From an uncultured Pseudomonadales bacterium (GTDB lineage: Bacteria; Patescibacteriota; Microgenomatia; UBA1400; PJMF01), in assembly GCA_964393205.1 (NCBI GenBank), contig CAYMSV010000002.1:160843-224842 (forward strand): a stretch of 64,000 nucleotides of DNA. Reading direction: 5' to 3'. Of the stretch, positions 18,632-28,955 are shown in pieces (position 1 is the stretch's first letter; every line of letters begins with the position of its first letter). The notes under the pieces were generated by a model, which was not told where the DNA came from, did no database searches, and saw only the letters and a program-made list of their open reading frames with translations. Position numbers and translations under genes: made by a program.

Positions 18632-19421
18632 TGGTGCCAACACAATCTTGACCACTGAGCGCCCAAAACAAATTGTCTTTCATCATTCCAGAAATAATTA
18701 CTGATTCAATCCCTTTTTTTGCCAGATCCAGTGATTCCTCAATTTTTAAACCCATGCCGCCAGTTACATCAAAACCTCTGGTATGACGCAAATCTCTGCT
18801 AATTTTAGGCCAAGTACTAGCCGTAATTTCTGGTACAAGCTGACCTTGCTTGTCTAAAAAACCAGCTACCTCTGTTACATGAATGATTTTATTTACTTGC
18901 ACTTTTTTTTCTAAAAAATAATCGGCCAAAAAAGCTAAGATTTTTTCTGTTGACCAAATAGTACAACCTTGATCACTATCAACTAAAACATCACCACAGG
19001 TAACTGGTAACAAACCTTTTTGCAAATACTGATCGATGGCATCAGCACAAAAATTCAATAATTTTCTTTTTTTAGTAACAATCGTATTACTGGCATAAAA
19101 AGAGACTGCCGGTAATTCGTGTTTTAAAAACTCATGCACCACTAAACGATTAAGGGCAGCAGCACTATCTTGAACAATAGCCATACCTAAAAGACTCTCA
19201 TCGTTAATAAATCCAGCCATTGTTTTATATTTACTAGCTGGAACATGAGCAAAACTGCCCTGACCATGACCAACAATTAACAACTGATCTGGCTTCTCCT
19301 GCTTAGCACTTGCAATTTCACCAACTAAACGTTTTAGAACCGCTCCTCTCAGAGACATAGGAATTTCTTTATCAGTAATAATGGAACCACCCAATTTAAT
19401 CAAAGTAAGATTTTTTTTCAT
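18621..19421 (-). CDS. isopentenyl phosphate kinase (amino-acid-kinase fold)
   Basis: 'LIKLGGSIITDK', 'VGHGQGSFAH' (GGGxFGH-like) and 'DVTGGMGLKIE' match the IPK family of the alternative mevalonate pathway. Confidence 0.65.
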   Translation of the reverse strand: MKKNLTLIKLGGSIITDKEIPMSLRGAVLKRLVGEIASAKQEKPDQLLIVGHGQGSFAHVPASKYKTMAGFINDESLLGMAIVQDSAAALNRLVVHEFLKHELPAVSFYASNTIVTKKRKLLNFCADAIDQYLQKGLLPVTCGDVLVDSDQGCTIWSTEKILAFLADYFLEKKVQVNKIIHVTEVAGFLDKQGQLVPEITASTWPKISRDLRHTRGFDVTGGMGLKIEESLDLAKKGIESVIISGMMKDNLFWALSGQDCVGTTIR

Positions 19422-19430
19422 TTTAATTTT

Positions 19431-20327
19431 CTAATTAATTTCTACGTGTTGGGGTAATAAGCTAAGTAATTCTTCTTGGGGAATTTTGCCCTCTTCTGCT
19501 AAAAATAATAAAGCTGCTGGCAAAAAGTCTAAAACTGCTAAAGTCGCTTTACGAAACTCTTTTTGGTCAATGTTGGATAATTCTTGCGCAGAATAAAGTC
19601 GCCAACCCTCCCTCTCAATTTTTGCCAAATCTTGTTCATCAATTAAAATTGCCAAGACAAAGACAATAAAGTTATAAAGTGCCAACTCTTGATTAGAACC
19701 ATCAACTGGTCTAATTTGTTCAATCCTAAAAGATGACTTTGAAAAAAAATGCACCTTATCTTTTAAATCAGCCGATGATAAGCCCGGCACTTCTTCTTCA
19801 ATTTCGCGTAACATACTAAAAAACAGTGCATTAACAAAAGCTGGTGGTAACTCCTTAAAACTTAAAGATTCAAGTTCTTCGTTGTTGTCTAAAAAATCCA
19901 ATAATGCTTGAGTCTGATCACTTTCTACCTTACCAGTTACCGTATTAATGCCAGTTGGCCTGGTAAAAACATCTTGTCTGTTAAACAATGGTTTACTAGG
20001 AAGACCCTGGTTAATTTCAGTCTTATTCTCAGGATAAATAACTCTTTCTTTCTTTTTGCTTTCATCATCTGAATGATTGCTATCAACATCATCAAAAAAT
20101 AAAAGTTTTAAACCATTTTCTGTAGCTACAAAAGTTAAAGCTCCCACTCCCACAGCATCTGATCGAAAAACAATATTTTCTGTCATTGAAGAACTACAAT
20201 GAGTACAAACTGGCCGATTTGCTGGAAATATTTTTTCACCACACACTGGACAGACAGCTAATTTTAGCTCTCCCTCTCCATTACCATAACGAATTTTTTG
20301 CAAACGCCAATGTCTTGGAACCTCCAT
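19431..20327 (-). CDS. hypothetical protein with N-terminal C4 zinc ribbon (CPVC...CTHC), degenerate Nudix-like 'REIEEE' segment
   Basis: 'CPVCGEKIFPANRPVCTHC'. It lies between IPK and the polyprenyl synthase. Confidence 0.35.
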   Translation of the reverse strand: MEVPRHWRLQKIRYGNGEGELKLAVCPVCGEKIFPANRPVCTHCSSSMTENIVFRSDAVGVGALTFVATENGLKLLFFDDVDSNHSDDESKKKERVIYPENKTEINQGLPSKPLFNRQDVFTRPTGINTVTGKVESDQTQALLDFLDNNEELESLSFKELPPAFVNALFFSMLREIEEEVPGLSSADLKDKVHFFSKSSFRIEQIRPVDGSNQELALYNFIVFVLAILIDEQDLAKIEREGWRLYSAQELSNIDQKEFRKATLAVLDFLPAALLFLAEEGKIPQEELLSLLPQHVEIN

Positions 20328-20392
20328 AACAGTTTATTAGTCGTATTTTTTAAGAAAATCACGCAAAACTGCTTAATTAGTAATTTCATAGT

Positions 20393-21487
20393 ATGATACT
20401 TAACATGACTAAATCGATGTCCATTTTAAGCAAATATAGAACAAATATTAGTGAATATCTAAAAAAATTCTTAGATGAAGAAAAACAAGCACTTAAGAAG
20501 ATAAGTTTAGACGACGACGCCTTTGAAACTTTAAAAAATTTTGTGGTACGAGGAAAAATGGCAAGAGCCAATCTGTTCATTCTCACTTATGGAATCCTTG
20601 AGCCACAGAAAGAAAAAGAAATTTTTGAAAAAGTTTTATTACCCTTAGCAAGCACCCTCGAACTAATTCAGGCTGGTTTATTAATTCATGATGATATTAT
20701 CGATCAAGATCAGCAACGAAGAGGACAAGATTCTATTTGGCAATATTACTCAAAACAAAACCAAAGCTCAGATCAACATTATGGGGAAAGTCAGGCAATT
20801 TGCTTGGGTAATCTATGTTTTTTCTTAGCCGATCAACTAATTTTAGAAGCCGTTAATAATCTAGATTCACAATTAAATAAAAAACAACTGTTAGATGTCC
20901 AACAACTAATTAACCGAGAAATTAGCCAAGTAATCTTGGCTGAAATGCTTGATAGCCAGTTAGCCATGCAAGATAAATTACCCTCACTAGAGAAAATTTT
21001 AGAAATGAACATTTATAAAACTGCTCGCTATAGTTTTTCTCTACCACTAATGCTCGCTGGAAAACTAAGTAATAAGTCTGAAAATATTAATCTACTTAGT
21101 AAAATTGGAGAAAAAATAGGCCTTATCTTTCAGATTAGAGATGATTATCTGGGTATTTTTGGCGATAGTGAAAAAACTGGCAAACCAATCCTATCTGATG
21201 TAAAAGAAGGTAAAAAAACTATTTTTTATTATTATTTAGCTCAAAACAAATCTCTCACTGATCAAGAAAAACACTTATTAAATAGCTGTTTTGCCAAAAA
21301 AAACATCAAACAAGAGCAAATATTAGATATTCAAAATTTGTTTGAGCGCTATAGCCTTCAAACAGTTGACAGTTTACTAGACCAACTAAAACTTGAAACA
21401 CAAATAATGACAAATCAGCTAAAGAATAAAAAAATACAGAACCTGTTAATGAAAATTCTAAATTTTGCTTCTTGTCGTCAATGTTAA
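20393..21487 (+). CDS. trans-polyprenyl diphosphate synthase (FPP/GGPP synthase family)
   Basis: FARM 'LIHDDIIDQDQQRRG' and SARM 'QIRDDYLG'. Confidence 0.85.
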   Translation: MILNMTKSMSILSKYRTNISEYLKKFLDEEKQALKKISLDDDAFETLKNFVVRGKMARANLFILTYGILEPQKEKEIFEKVLLPLASTLELIQAGLLIHDDIIDQDQQRRGQDSIWQYYSKQNQSSDQHYGESQAICLGNLCFFLADQLILEAVNNLDSQLNKKQLLDVQQLINREISQVILAEMLDSQLAMQDKLPSLEKILEMNIYKTARYSFSLPLMLAGKLSNKSENINLLSKIGEKIGLIFQIRDDYLGIFGDSEKTGKPILSDVKEGKKTIFYYYLAQNKSLTDQEKHLLNSCFAKKNIKQEQILDIQNLFERYSLQTVDSLLDQLKLETQIMTNQLKNKKIQNLLMKILNFASCRQC

Positions 21488-21495
21488 CTGAAAAA

Positions 21496-22731
21496 CTAAA
21501 ACTTGGGGTCTTGATGTTCTTTAACTAGTAAAGTTAATAAAACACCAACTGCAGCTATCACAAACAAACTCGTCCAGGCATTACCAAAGAAATAAAATAA
21601 GAAAAAAACTAAAGACCAAAAGACAATCGCTGCCACACTACTAATCATTTGCCGATAAGTAAAATAAGAAAGACCCTCTCGACCCTTACCCCTCACCATC
21701 CACACTCGATCAAAAAACAACCAGTGAAAGCTGGATGCCACACGATCTAAAGTATTAACAACCACAATTGACCAAAAGCCTACCACAAAAGATCTTATTA
21801 TCCAAAAAAAGGATAAAATACTAGCCGACATCATAAAAGGCTTGCGACTCTGACGCTTATCTATTATTGCTCCAACAAAATAACTAATACCCATCGCCAT
21901 TAGCAAAGAAAAACTGTACAAAAGACCAACTTTTGCACTAGTACCCAATAAAATAAAGATATAAAGCGGCCAAAGATTCAACATCCCATCGTTAAAATAG
22001 CGACCAGCAAAAGTTAAACCTAGTCGCCGAAAACCCGGCTCACTCATCCAGGAAGCAAACTCTTCCCAAGATATTTTATCTCTAACTTTTACGTTATCTA
22101 ATAAAATTGTAAAAATTAAACCCACTCCAATTAATAATAAACCCATTAAAAATAAGTTGCCGTATCCCAAAACAGCAATCACTAAACCTCCAAGGGCTGG
22201 CGAAATCATTGTTACTAAATTAAGTAAAAAATTAATAATACCTAAATTACTACCCATTTTATGATGATTGCTATTACGACTCAGTGAATAATGATAGCTA
22301 TTCCAAAAGTAATTTATCTGTAAACCATCTATCATTACTGCTAAAAATATCCAGTAAGGATTACCTTGTGATAAAAATAGAAAAATTACAAATAAGGCAT
22401 ATAAAATATGCCCCATAACAAAGGCATGTTTTGTTCCTAACTTAATAGTTCGCTGGGCCACCCAAATAGCAGAAATAAAAGCTACCAGACGCGAGAGAAG
22501 ATGTAAAATAGCTATATTAAAAATACCTATTTGCAAAGTAGATAAAGGATCTTGTCCTCGCTGATTTAGTGCCCAGTTAATTTGATCCCAAAAAGGTAAA
22601 TGCAAATTAAAAAAATAAATTGGTAAAAAAAACATTACCAACTTATTGACCAACTCACGAAACAAACGCATCGCATAAAGATGTTTTAAATTCTGATTTT
22701 TCTGGAAAGATAACTTAGGCAGTTTCATCAA
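21496..22731 (-). CDS. MFS-type transporter (12-TM membrane protein)
   Basis: 411 aa with about 12 hydrophobic helices arranged as 6+6. Confidence 0.45.
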   Translation of the reverse strand: MMKLPKLSFQKNQNLKHLYAMRLFRELVNKLVMFFLPIYFFNLHLPFWDQINWALNQRGQDPLSTLQIGIFNIAILHLLSRLVAFISAIWVAQRTIKLGTKHAFVMGHILYALFVIFLFLSQGNPYWIFLAVMIDGLQINYFWNSYHYSLSRNSNHHKMGSNLGIINFLLNLVTMISPALGGLVIAVLGYGNLFLMGLLLIGVGLIFTILLDNVKVRDKISWEEFASWMSEPGFRRLGLTFAGRYFNDGMLNLWPLYIFILLGTSAKVGLLYSFSLLMAMGISYFVGAIIDKRQSRKPFMMSASILSFFWIIRSFVVGFWSIVVVNTLDRVASSFHWLFFDRVWMVRGKGREGLSYFTYRQMISSVAAIVFWSLVFFLFYFFGNAWTSLFVIAAVGVLLTLLVKEHQDPKF

Positions 22732-22749
22732 TAGTTTAGTATAAGCTAG

Positions 22750-23283
22750 CTAGAGCAATTCCTGCAAAAGCATTTTTATCGTTTTATGTAAAAGCTGATC
22801 TTCAGTTGGTGACATAGTCTGCAACACATAATCTGCTGGAGGAACATTTCTTGAGCCTTTTCTAGAATCTATACCCAGGCGTAAATGCCAAAAATCTTTA
22901 GTACCCAAATGTTGATAAATAGACTGTAAGCCATTGTGCTCCTTCGGCCCCACTGCTTTTTGTAATTTATAAGTACCTAATTCCAAATCTAAATCATCAT
23001 GAACCACAATTAAGTCTTCTGGACCAGACAATGAATTTTGCAAGTCAATTTTTAAGTAATCTAGAAAAGCTCTTAGTGCTTGCCCGGAATTGTTCATGAA
23101 GGTTTGAGGCTTAAGTAAGAAAAGATCATCTCTTTTGACAGCTAATTCTGAATTAAATTTTTTTTCAAATTTGAAAGATAGACCCAACTCTTCAGCAATA
23201 GCATCAATAAACATAAAACCTGCGTTATGACGTGTTTTTTGATATTTTTCTCCAGGATTACCTAGTCCCACATAAATCTTCAT
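22750..23283 (-). CDS. pth: peptidyl-tRNA hydrolase
   Basis: 'MKIYVGLGNPGEKYQKTRHNAGFMFID' is the canonical Pth N-terminus. Confidence 0.9.
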   Translation of the reverse strand: MKIYVGLGNPGEKYQKTRHNAGFMFIDAIAEELGLSFKFEKKFNSELAVKRDDLFLLKPQTFMNNSGQALRAFLDYLKIDLQNSLSGPEDLIVVHDDLDLELGTYKLQKAVGPKEHNGLQSIYQHLGTKDFWHLRLGIDSRKGSRNVPPADYVLQTMSPTEDQLLHKTIKMLLQELL

Positions 23284-23329
23284 AGTTCCTATTTTAACAT
23301 TTTATCCTTTTTAAACTTTTGCAGTTATA

Positions 23330-24454
23330 ATGCAGATGATGAAAAAAAATATCGGTATTTTTAGCACTAAACAAGGTCATCAAAGCATTGCTGAAACAAT
23401 AAAAGAAAAAATAGAAAGCCAGGCAGGAGATCGTTATCGAGTAGATATTTTTTATACTAAACAAATTTTTGAAACATTTTACGAATCTCTCTACCGATTG
23501 GCTCCCAGTGTCTTAAAAGTACCTTATGATTTAAGCGTAAAAGCAATAGAAAAAGATGCAGAACTAAGTAAACTAATTTTTAACATTTTTTTTCAATACA
23601 CCTATGAGCCAAGCAATCAATTTATTAAGGATAAAAAAATTGATTTGGCCATTAATTGTTATTTTCCATTCGTTCCTACTCTAGAAAAGATTAGAGAGAG
23701 AAAAGACATGCCTTGTCTTAACATTATTACTGATCCACGAACTATTCACCCCTGGCAAATTTTCCAAAAAGCTGAAGCTAATTTCTTTTTTGAAAATAAA
23801 AATTTAACAGATTATCAAAAAGATTGCGAAGCTAAAGTTTCGGGCTGGTTTGTTGGTAAAAGATTTGAAGAGGCATATCAAAAAGAAGAGATAAAGAAAA
23901 AATTAAAAATTACTGAAGACCTAGTTTTTTTAATTGCCTCTGGATCAGATGGCTCAGCAGCGATATTAAAAATTTTAGCCGCACTAATTAATTGTTCTAA
24001 GTCTGTAAAGGTTTTTATTGCTTGTGGCAATAATCGCAACCTTTACAACAATATTTTAGGTATTAAAAAAAGTTTAAACATGTTTAGTCAGTCAAAGGCC
24101 GTTATTACACCTTTGCCTTTTACTAAAGAGTTACATTTATACATGCAAGCCGCGGATCTAATTATTGGTAAAGCTGGCCCTAACACCCTATTTGAAAGTG
24201 TAGCAACACTTACTCCATTTTTTGCCATTACCCACATTGCTCAAGAAGCTGGCAATCTAGAAATTATTAAAGAATATAAGTTGGGATTTGTAGAGGAAAA
24301 AACTAAAGCCGCTAATCAAAAATTACTAGAAATCATCGACAAACCCCAAGCACTTGAAAAATTCCAAGTCAGTTTAAAAAAACTTAAAGAACATAATCAA
24401 GAGTCGATCAATATCTTAATTAAAGAAATTAATCAATTATTTCAACAAAAATAA
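23330..24454 (+). CDS. GT28-family glycosyltransferase (MGDG synthase/MurG-like; probable glycolipid synthase)
   Basis: C-terminal 'MQAADLIIGKAGPNTLFESVATLTPFFAI' matches the MurG/UgtP C-domain. N-terminal 'IGIFSTKQGHQSIAETI' is MGDG-synthase-like. Confidence 0.5.
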   Translation: MQMMKKNIGIFSTKQGHQSIAETIKEKIESQAGDRYRVDIFYTKQIFETFYESLYRLAPSVLKVPYDLSVKAIEKDAELSKLIFNIFFQYTYEPSNQFIKDKKIDLAINCYFPFVPTLEKIRERKDMPCLNIITDPRTIHPWQIFQKAEANFFFENKNLTDYQKDCEAKVSGWFVGKRFEEAYQKEEIKKKLKITEDLVFLIASGSDGSAAILKILAALINCSKSVKVFIACGNNRNLYNNILGIKKSLNMFSQSKAVITPLPFTKELHLYMQAADLIIGKAGPNTLFESVATLTPFFAITHIAQEAGNLEIIKEYKLGFVEEKTKAANQKLLEIIDKPQALEKFQVSLKKLKEHNQESINILIKEINQLFQQK

Positions 24455-24478
24455 GCTTAAGAAAAATATAAAGAACCA

Positions 24479-26305
24479 TTAACCTTGACTGATATTTTTT
24501 AATTCCTGAAGAGTAGTTGCTTGTTGCCAATCTTTATCAACCCTGATTTTTATCAAACGAGGGAAACGCAAAGCTACGCCAGCAGTGTGACTCGGAGATT
24601 TAGAAATTTCATCAGCTGCAATTTCCAAAACTAAATTTGGCTCAATCCACACGTCGGCCACCAACTCTTTTTTGAAATCATATTTAGAATTAGCTTGATT
24701 TTTAGAACTCTTGTGTTCATCCGCTAATTTTTTAATTTCTTTAAATTGCTTATCTGTTAAACCTGTGCCAATTTTCGAAAGAGTTTTGATGTCGCCACTT
24801 TTTTGATCTAAAACCCCAACCAATAAAGCTCCAATGCCAAAACTTTGTCTCTTACCTCTACCTCGATAGTAGCCCATCATAATGCAGTCGACAGTATCAT
24901 TTAACTTACCTCGCGTACCCTCGACTTCCTTTATTTTTACCCAACGCCAACCCTTACGACCAGCAACATAGGCTGACTCTGGCTTTTTCATTACAGCCCC
25001 CTCCAAACCGAGCTTCAATTGCTCTTCATGGTAAGCACTTAAATCAGTCGGATCACTAATAATTTGACAATCGGTTACTTTAATCACTTTTGAATCTTTA
25101 ACAGCATCATTAAGCTTTTTTTTACGATCAAGTAACTGTTCATCAATTAATGTTTCACCATCAAGATACAGCAAGTCAAAAACATAAAAGCGAATTGGTA
25201 ACTCTTCTGCTTTAGTCTTAATTTCATATTTGCGTTTGCGAGAAATAGTTTCTTGAAAAGCAACAAACTTCCCAGAATCAGGATCAATACCAACAGCCTC
25301 ACTATCTAAAATAGCTGTTTCTCCCTGAAATTCTTCCAATAATTGGTCTAATTCAGGAAACATAGCTGACACTTCTTCTAAATTACGAGTATAAGCTTTA
25401 TATTGGCTACCATCAGCAAAACCAGCTTTGTTGAGATGAATTTGGATGCGTAAACCATCATATTTTGGCTCAGCTATCACTTCACCCATTTTGTCAATAA
25501 TTTCTTGCCCACTATTAAGTCGCTGACATAAGGCTGGCACAACTGGAATACCCAACTCCATCTGATAGTTTTTAGCTAATTCTTTAGCACTTAGATTTTC
25601 TTCAAACAAATAGAGTTGTGCTAACAATCCGAAATCAGCTTTTTTTTGAAAAGCCTCCTCCAATAAGGATGACTGGCTTTTACCCCCTGTTTTTACCCAA
25701 GACAGAGCGTCTAACATGGTCATTGTAGAAAAGCCCAAACGCATTTTACCTAAAACAATTCTTGCTATAAATTTAGCCGACACAGCACTAACTTGATCTA
25801 ATAAATCGGCCAATAAATTAATTTTTCTATCCTGAGAACCTTCTCCACCCTCATAAGCAATTTCTTCTAGCTGCTGATGAACTTCTATAATGCTGAGCCT
25901 AACTTCTTGATCAGAAGAATCTGTTAAATCTGTTAAATCAGCGACAACTTGATAGAACAATTCGCCCAAATCTCCTAGCTCTTTATATTTTTTATTTAAC
26001 TCTCCAACAACTACTTCTTGATTAACATCATCAAACAAACCTTGTTTTAAAAATGATTTGTTTTCAACCGAGGCTGAATGACGATTATAAAAATTAGCTA
26101 AAGAGCGAATTAACATCTTACTAGATAACTGAAATTCTAAAGACTCATAGTTAGCCACCAGACTTCCCTGCATTAAATAGCTGGCGGGTACTATCTCATC
26201 TTTATCTAATTCTTTAAATAATTTAGCCAATAATTTAGTCATCTCTAAACGAGAGTTAAGTTCTTCCAAATCAAGTAAATATTGAGTGAATTGATTAAAA
26301 AGCAT
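24479..26305 (-). CDS. ATP-dependent DNA ligase
   Basis: Motif I 'AEPKYDGLRIQIH' (KxDG), then a nucleotidyltransferase domain and an OB domain. Confidence 0.85.
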   Translation of the reverse strand: MLFNQFTQYLLDLEELNSRLEMTKLLAKLFKELDKDEIVPASYLMQGSLVANYESLEFQLSSKMLIRSLANFYNRHSASVENKSFLKQGLFDDVNQEVVVGELNKKYKELGDLGELFYQVVADLTDLTDSSDQEVRLSIIEVHQQLEEIAYEGGEGSQDRKINLLADLLDQVSAVSAKFIARIVLGKMRLGFSTMTMLDALSWVKTGGKSQSSLLEEAFQKKADFGLLAQLYLFEENLSAKELAKNYQMELGIPVVPALCQRLNSGQEIIDKMGEVIAEPKYDGLRIQIHLNKAGFADGSQYKAYTRNLEEVSAMFPELDQLLEEFQGETAILDSEAVGIDPDSGKFVAFQETISRKRKYEIKTKAEELPIRFYVFDLLYLDGETLIDEQLLDRKKKLNDAVKDSKVIKVTDCQIISDPTDLSAYHEEQLKLGLEGAVMKKPESAYVAGRKGWRWVKIKEVEGTRGKLNDTVDCIMMGYYRGRGKRQSFGIGALLVGVLDQKSGDIKTLSKIGTGLTDKQFKEIKKLADEHKSSKNQANSKYDFKKELVADVWIEPNLVLEIAADEISKSPSHTAGVALRFPRLIKIRVDKDWQQATTLQELKNISQG

Positions 26306-26368
26306 AGAATTCCTTCAAATATATTATGTCAAATCAGCTAGAAAAACCAAGTCAAATTAATCAAGAAA

Positions 26369-27481
26369 TTAATTGAGGCTATAACTAACACCCTTGGTTA
26401 CCCCATGTTTCTTAACCACTCCCTTAGCAATTAAGTCTTTGAGATCTCGCAGAATAGTATCAACCGAAACATTAGGTAAGACTTTTTGGGCATCGTCAGA
26501 AGTCATAGTACCCTGATTTTGTAATAGCTCTAATAGAATAATTTGTCGCTCAGATAGTGCTACTTGTTGTCCAAGCTCACGTTTAAGCTTTAAATCTTGT
26601 GAAAGCTTAGCTACTTTTAGTTTAACCTTATCAATTTCTAAGGCTAAACCATAGGTAAAATATTCCAACCAATAAGTTAGGTCTTGCTTAGCATTTTGTT
26701 GAACAGATAAAAGCGCCTGATAATAAGCATCAACATCGCTATCAAAATATTCTTCAATTGAAAAAAAACGCTTAAAATCGTATCCAGACTCATAAAGAGC
26801 AAGAGTGGCAAAAGCTCGAGCACTACGACCATTTCCCTCTACATAAGGATGAATATAAACTAATTGATAATGGAGAATAGCTGCTCGTAAAATTGGGTGT
26901 AACTTTTGACTCTTTTCTCCTTTTAACCAAGCAAAAAGATCATCTAATAAAAAAGGAACTTCAGCAGCCACCGGTGGACGAAAAACTACCTGTCCATCTC
27001 TTGCACCTCTGACAATAACTTGTTTGTCACGTAAAGTGGCAATCTTTTCTTCTTCTAACAAATTATTCATGGTTAAACGATGCAATAAATTTAAAGTTGT
27101 TAGATTAAGTAAAGAGTCATCTTGGCTTTGAGTTTTTTTCAACAAGGGCTGTTGATCAATCCAAGCTAATACATTGCGATAATTAATAACCTCTTGAATG
27201 TCCCTTTCTCTAGCAATAATGCCAGTTTGGTCAAGAACTGATTGCACATTGTCAATTTTTTCTAAAGATAAAACCTGTCCGGCCTGAGCAGCGCTCAAGT
27301 CATTGCCCTCAATTCTGGTACCGTAATGAACACTGCGAGCTAAAGCTTCATCACGAAACTTAGCTTCCCAAGCAGGAACAAGTGGTGAGTTGTCAATTAC
27401 CGCCTTGGCTGATTCAATTGCAGAAATATAACTAAGTAAATTATTACTGATTTGAAATTGAGGTTCGTACATTAAAGTCAT
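26369..27481 (-). CDS. Fic-family protein (putative AMPylator), class II with N-terminal inhibitory motif and C-terminal wHTH
   Basis: Fic motif 'HPYVEGNGRSARA'. 'TRIEGN' fits the (S/T)xxxE(G/N) inhibitory helix. Confidence 0.85.
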   Translation of the reverse strand: MTLMYEPQFQISNNLLSYISAIESAKAVIDNSPLVPAWEAKFRDEALARSVHYGTRIEGNDLSAAQAGQVLSLEKIDNVQSVLDQTGIIARERDIQEVINYRNVLAWIDQQPLLKKTQSQDDSLLNLTTLNLLHRLTMNNLLEEEKIATLRDKQVIVRGARDGQVVFRPPVAAEVPFLLDDLFAWLKGEKSQKLHPILRAAILHYQLVYIHPYVEGNGRSARAFATLALYESGYDFKRFFSIEEYFDSDVDAYYQALLSVQQNAKQDLTYWLEYFTYGLALEIDKVKLKVAKLSQDLKLKRELGQQVALSERQIILLELLQNQGTMTSDDAQKVLPNVSVDTILRDLKDLIAKGVVKKHGVTKGVSYSLN

Positions 27482-27595
27482 ATTTTGGCATAGTTTGATC
27501 GCTAAAACAAGCGTTATTTTTGCAAATTATGCAAATTTATTTTAAAAACATAGTAAAAAACACAGAAAGATAAAACATAGTAAAATAAGAGCGCA

Positions 27596-28474
27596 ATGCA
27601 GAATCAAGAACAAAAGTCAAAATCTCAAAAAATAATTGAGCAAGCTTTTAAAAAGCTTAAAATTGCTAAAGAAGATTCTCATAAAGGCCAAAACGGCAAA
27701 CTACTAATTATTGGTGGTTCAGAATTATTTCATGCTGCCAGTAAATGGAGTCTTGATATTGCTAGCAAAATAGTTGATATGGTTTTTTATAGCTCTGTTC
27801 CTAGCAATAATATTCTGATTAGGCGCTGGCAAAAAAATGAGCTAGATCAAAAACTTAATCAAGAAGCAAAAGCGAATTTTTGGCAAGGAATTGTGGTTGA
27901 TCGTAAAGAAATTGAGCCTTATTTAAAAGAAGCTGACTGTATTTTATTAGGACCAGGGATGGAAAGAAGTTCTTATACTGCTCGACTGAGTGACCGATTA
28001 TTGAGCAAATATCCACAAAAAAAATGGGTAATTGACGCAGGAGCTTTACAAATGATTAACCCCAATCTTCTCAACAGTAATTGTATTATTACCCCTCACC
28101 ATCAAGAAATGGAAGTTTTACTTAAAAAAAATAATAGTTTCAACCCTAAAAACTATCAAGCTGAAGCAATTTGTTTACTGAAAGGCCCAGTCGATCAAAT
28201 TTTTCCAGGAATAAATCATCCACAACAAAAAACAATCAAAATTGAGGGTGGTAATGCAGGAATGACTAAAGGAGGCACAGGAGATGTTTTAGCTGGCCTA
28301 CTAGCTGCTCTTTATTGCAAAAATGACGCCTTAACTAGCACCATTGTTGCTAGCCATATTAATAAAAAAACTGGAGACTCTCTTTATAAAAAAGTTGGTC
28401 CTTATTTTAATGCCAGTGATTTGGTAGACGCAATTCCTCAAGTACTTTGGAATACTTTCCAAGCAAAAACTTGA
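27596..28474 (+). CDS. ADP/ATP-dependent NAD(P)H-hydrate dehydratase (YjeF C-terminal domain)
   Basis: 'NAGMTKGGTGDVLAGLLAAL' and 'LLIIGGSELFHAA'. Confidence 0.75.
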   Translation: MQNQEQKSKSQKIIEQAFKKLKIAKEDSHKGQNGKLLIIGGSELFHAASKWSLDIASKIVDMVFYSSVPSNNILIRRWQKNELDQKLNQEAKANFWQGIVVDRKEIEPYLKEADCILLGPGMERSSYTARLSDRLLSKYPQKKWVIDAGALQMINPNLLNSNCIITPHHQEMEVLLKKNNSFNPKNYQAEAICLLKGPVDQIFPGINHPQQKTIKIEGGNAGMTKGGTGDVLAGLLAALYCKNDALTSTIVASHINKKTGDSLYKKVGPYFNASDLVDAIPQVLWNTFQAKT

Positions 28475-28561
28475 AAATTCTCAAAAATTAGGTAAAATCA
28501 CCAGGTTCAGTGAAAAAATATTGGCAAACTTACCTATATTTTTACCTTTGACAGAAATAAT

Positions 28562-28945
28562 ATGACGAAAAAAGAGCATAAACCTATATCTAGTGCTGAG
28601 AATTCAGGCAAAACAGAAGAAACTCGTTTGGGAGATTTTTTAAGTGATTTAAAACTTTTCGACAATAGATATAAAAACCTATCGCTTTCTGAGTTTGAAA
28701 AAGTAGCTAATAGTGCTGATACTAAAAAAGTAGATGAGGATTTAGCAATTATTACCGATCTATTAATTGGTCTAACAGAATCAATTAACATTTGTAACAA
28801 AACTAGTCCAAAAACTGAATTTTATAATTATCATGCTTCAAGAATAAAACATTTGAGTAAAATTTTAGAAAATTTCGCTTGGTTTGAAAAATTAAGAAAA
28901 AAGCAGGACTCCCTCTTTTTTTATGATAACTTGCAATTGGATTAA
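28562..28945 (+). CDS. hypothetical protein
   Basis: 127-aa ORF with no known motif. The antisense ORF 28534..28800 is the less likely of the two. Confidence 0.3.
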   Translation: MTKKEHKPISSAENSGKTEETRLGDFLSDLKLFDNRYKNLSLSEFEKVANSADTKKVDEDLAIITDLLIGLTESINICNKTSPKTEFYNYHASRIKHLSKILENFAWFEKLRKKQDSLFFYDNLQLD

Positions 28946-28955
28946 TTGAATAAAA

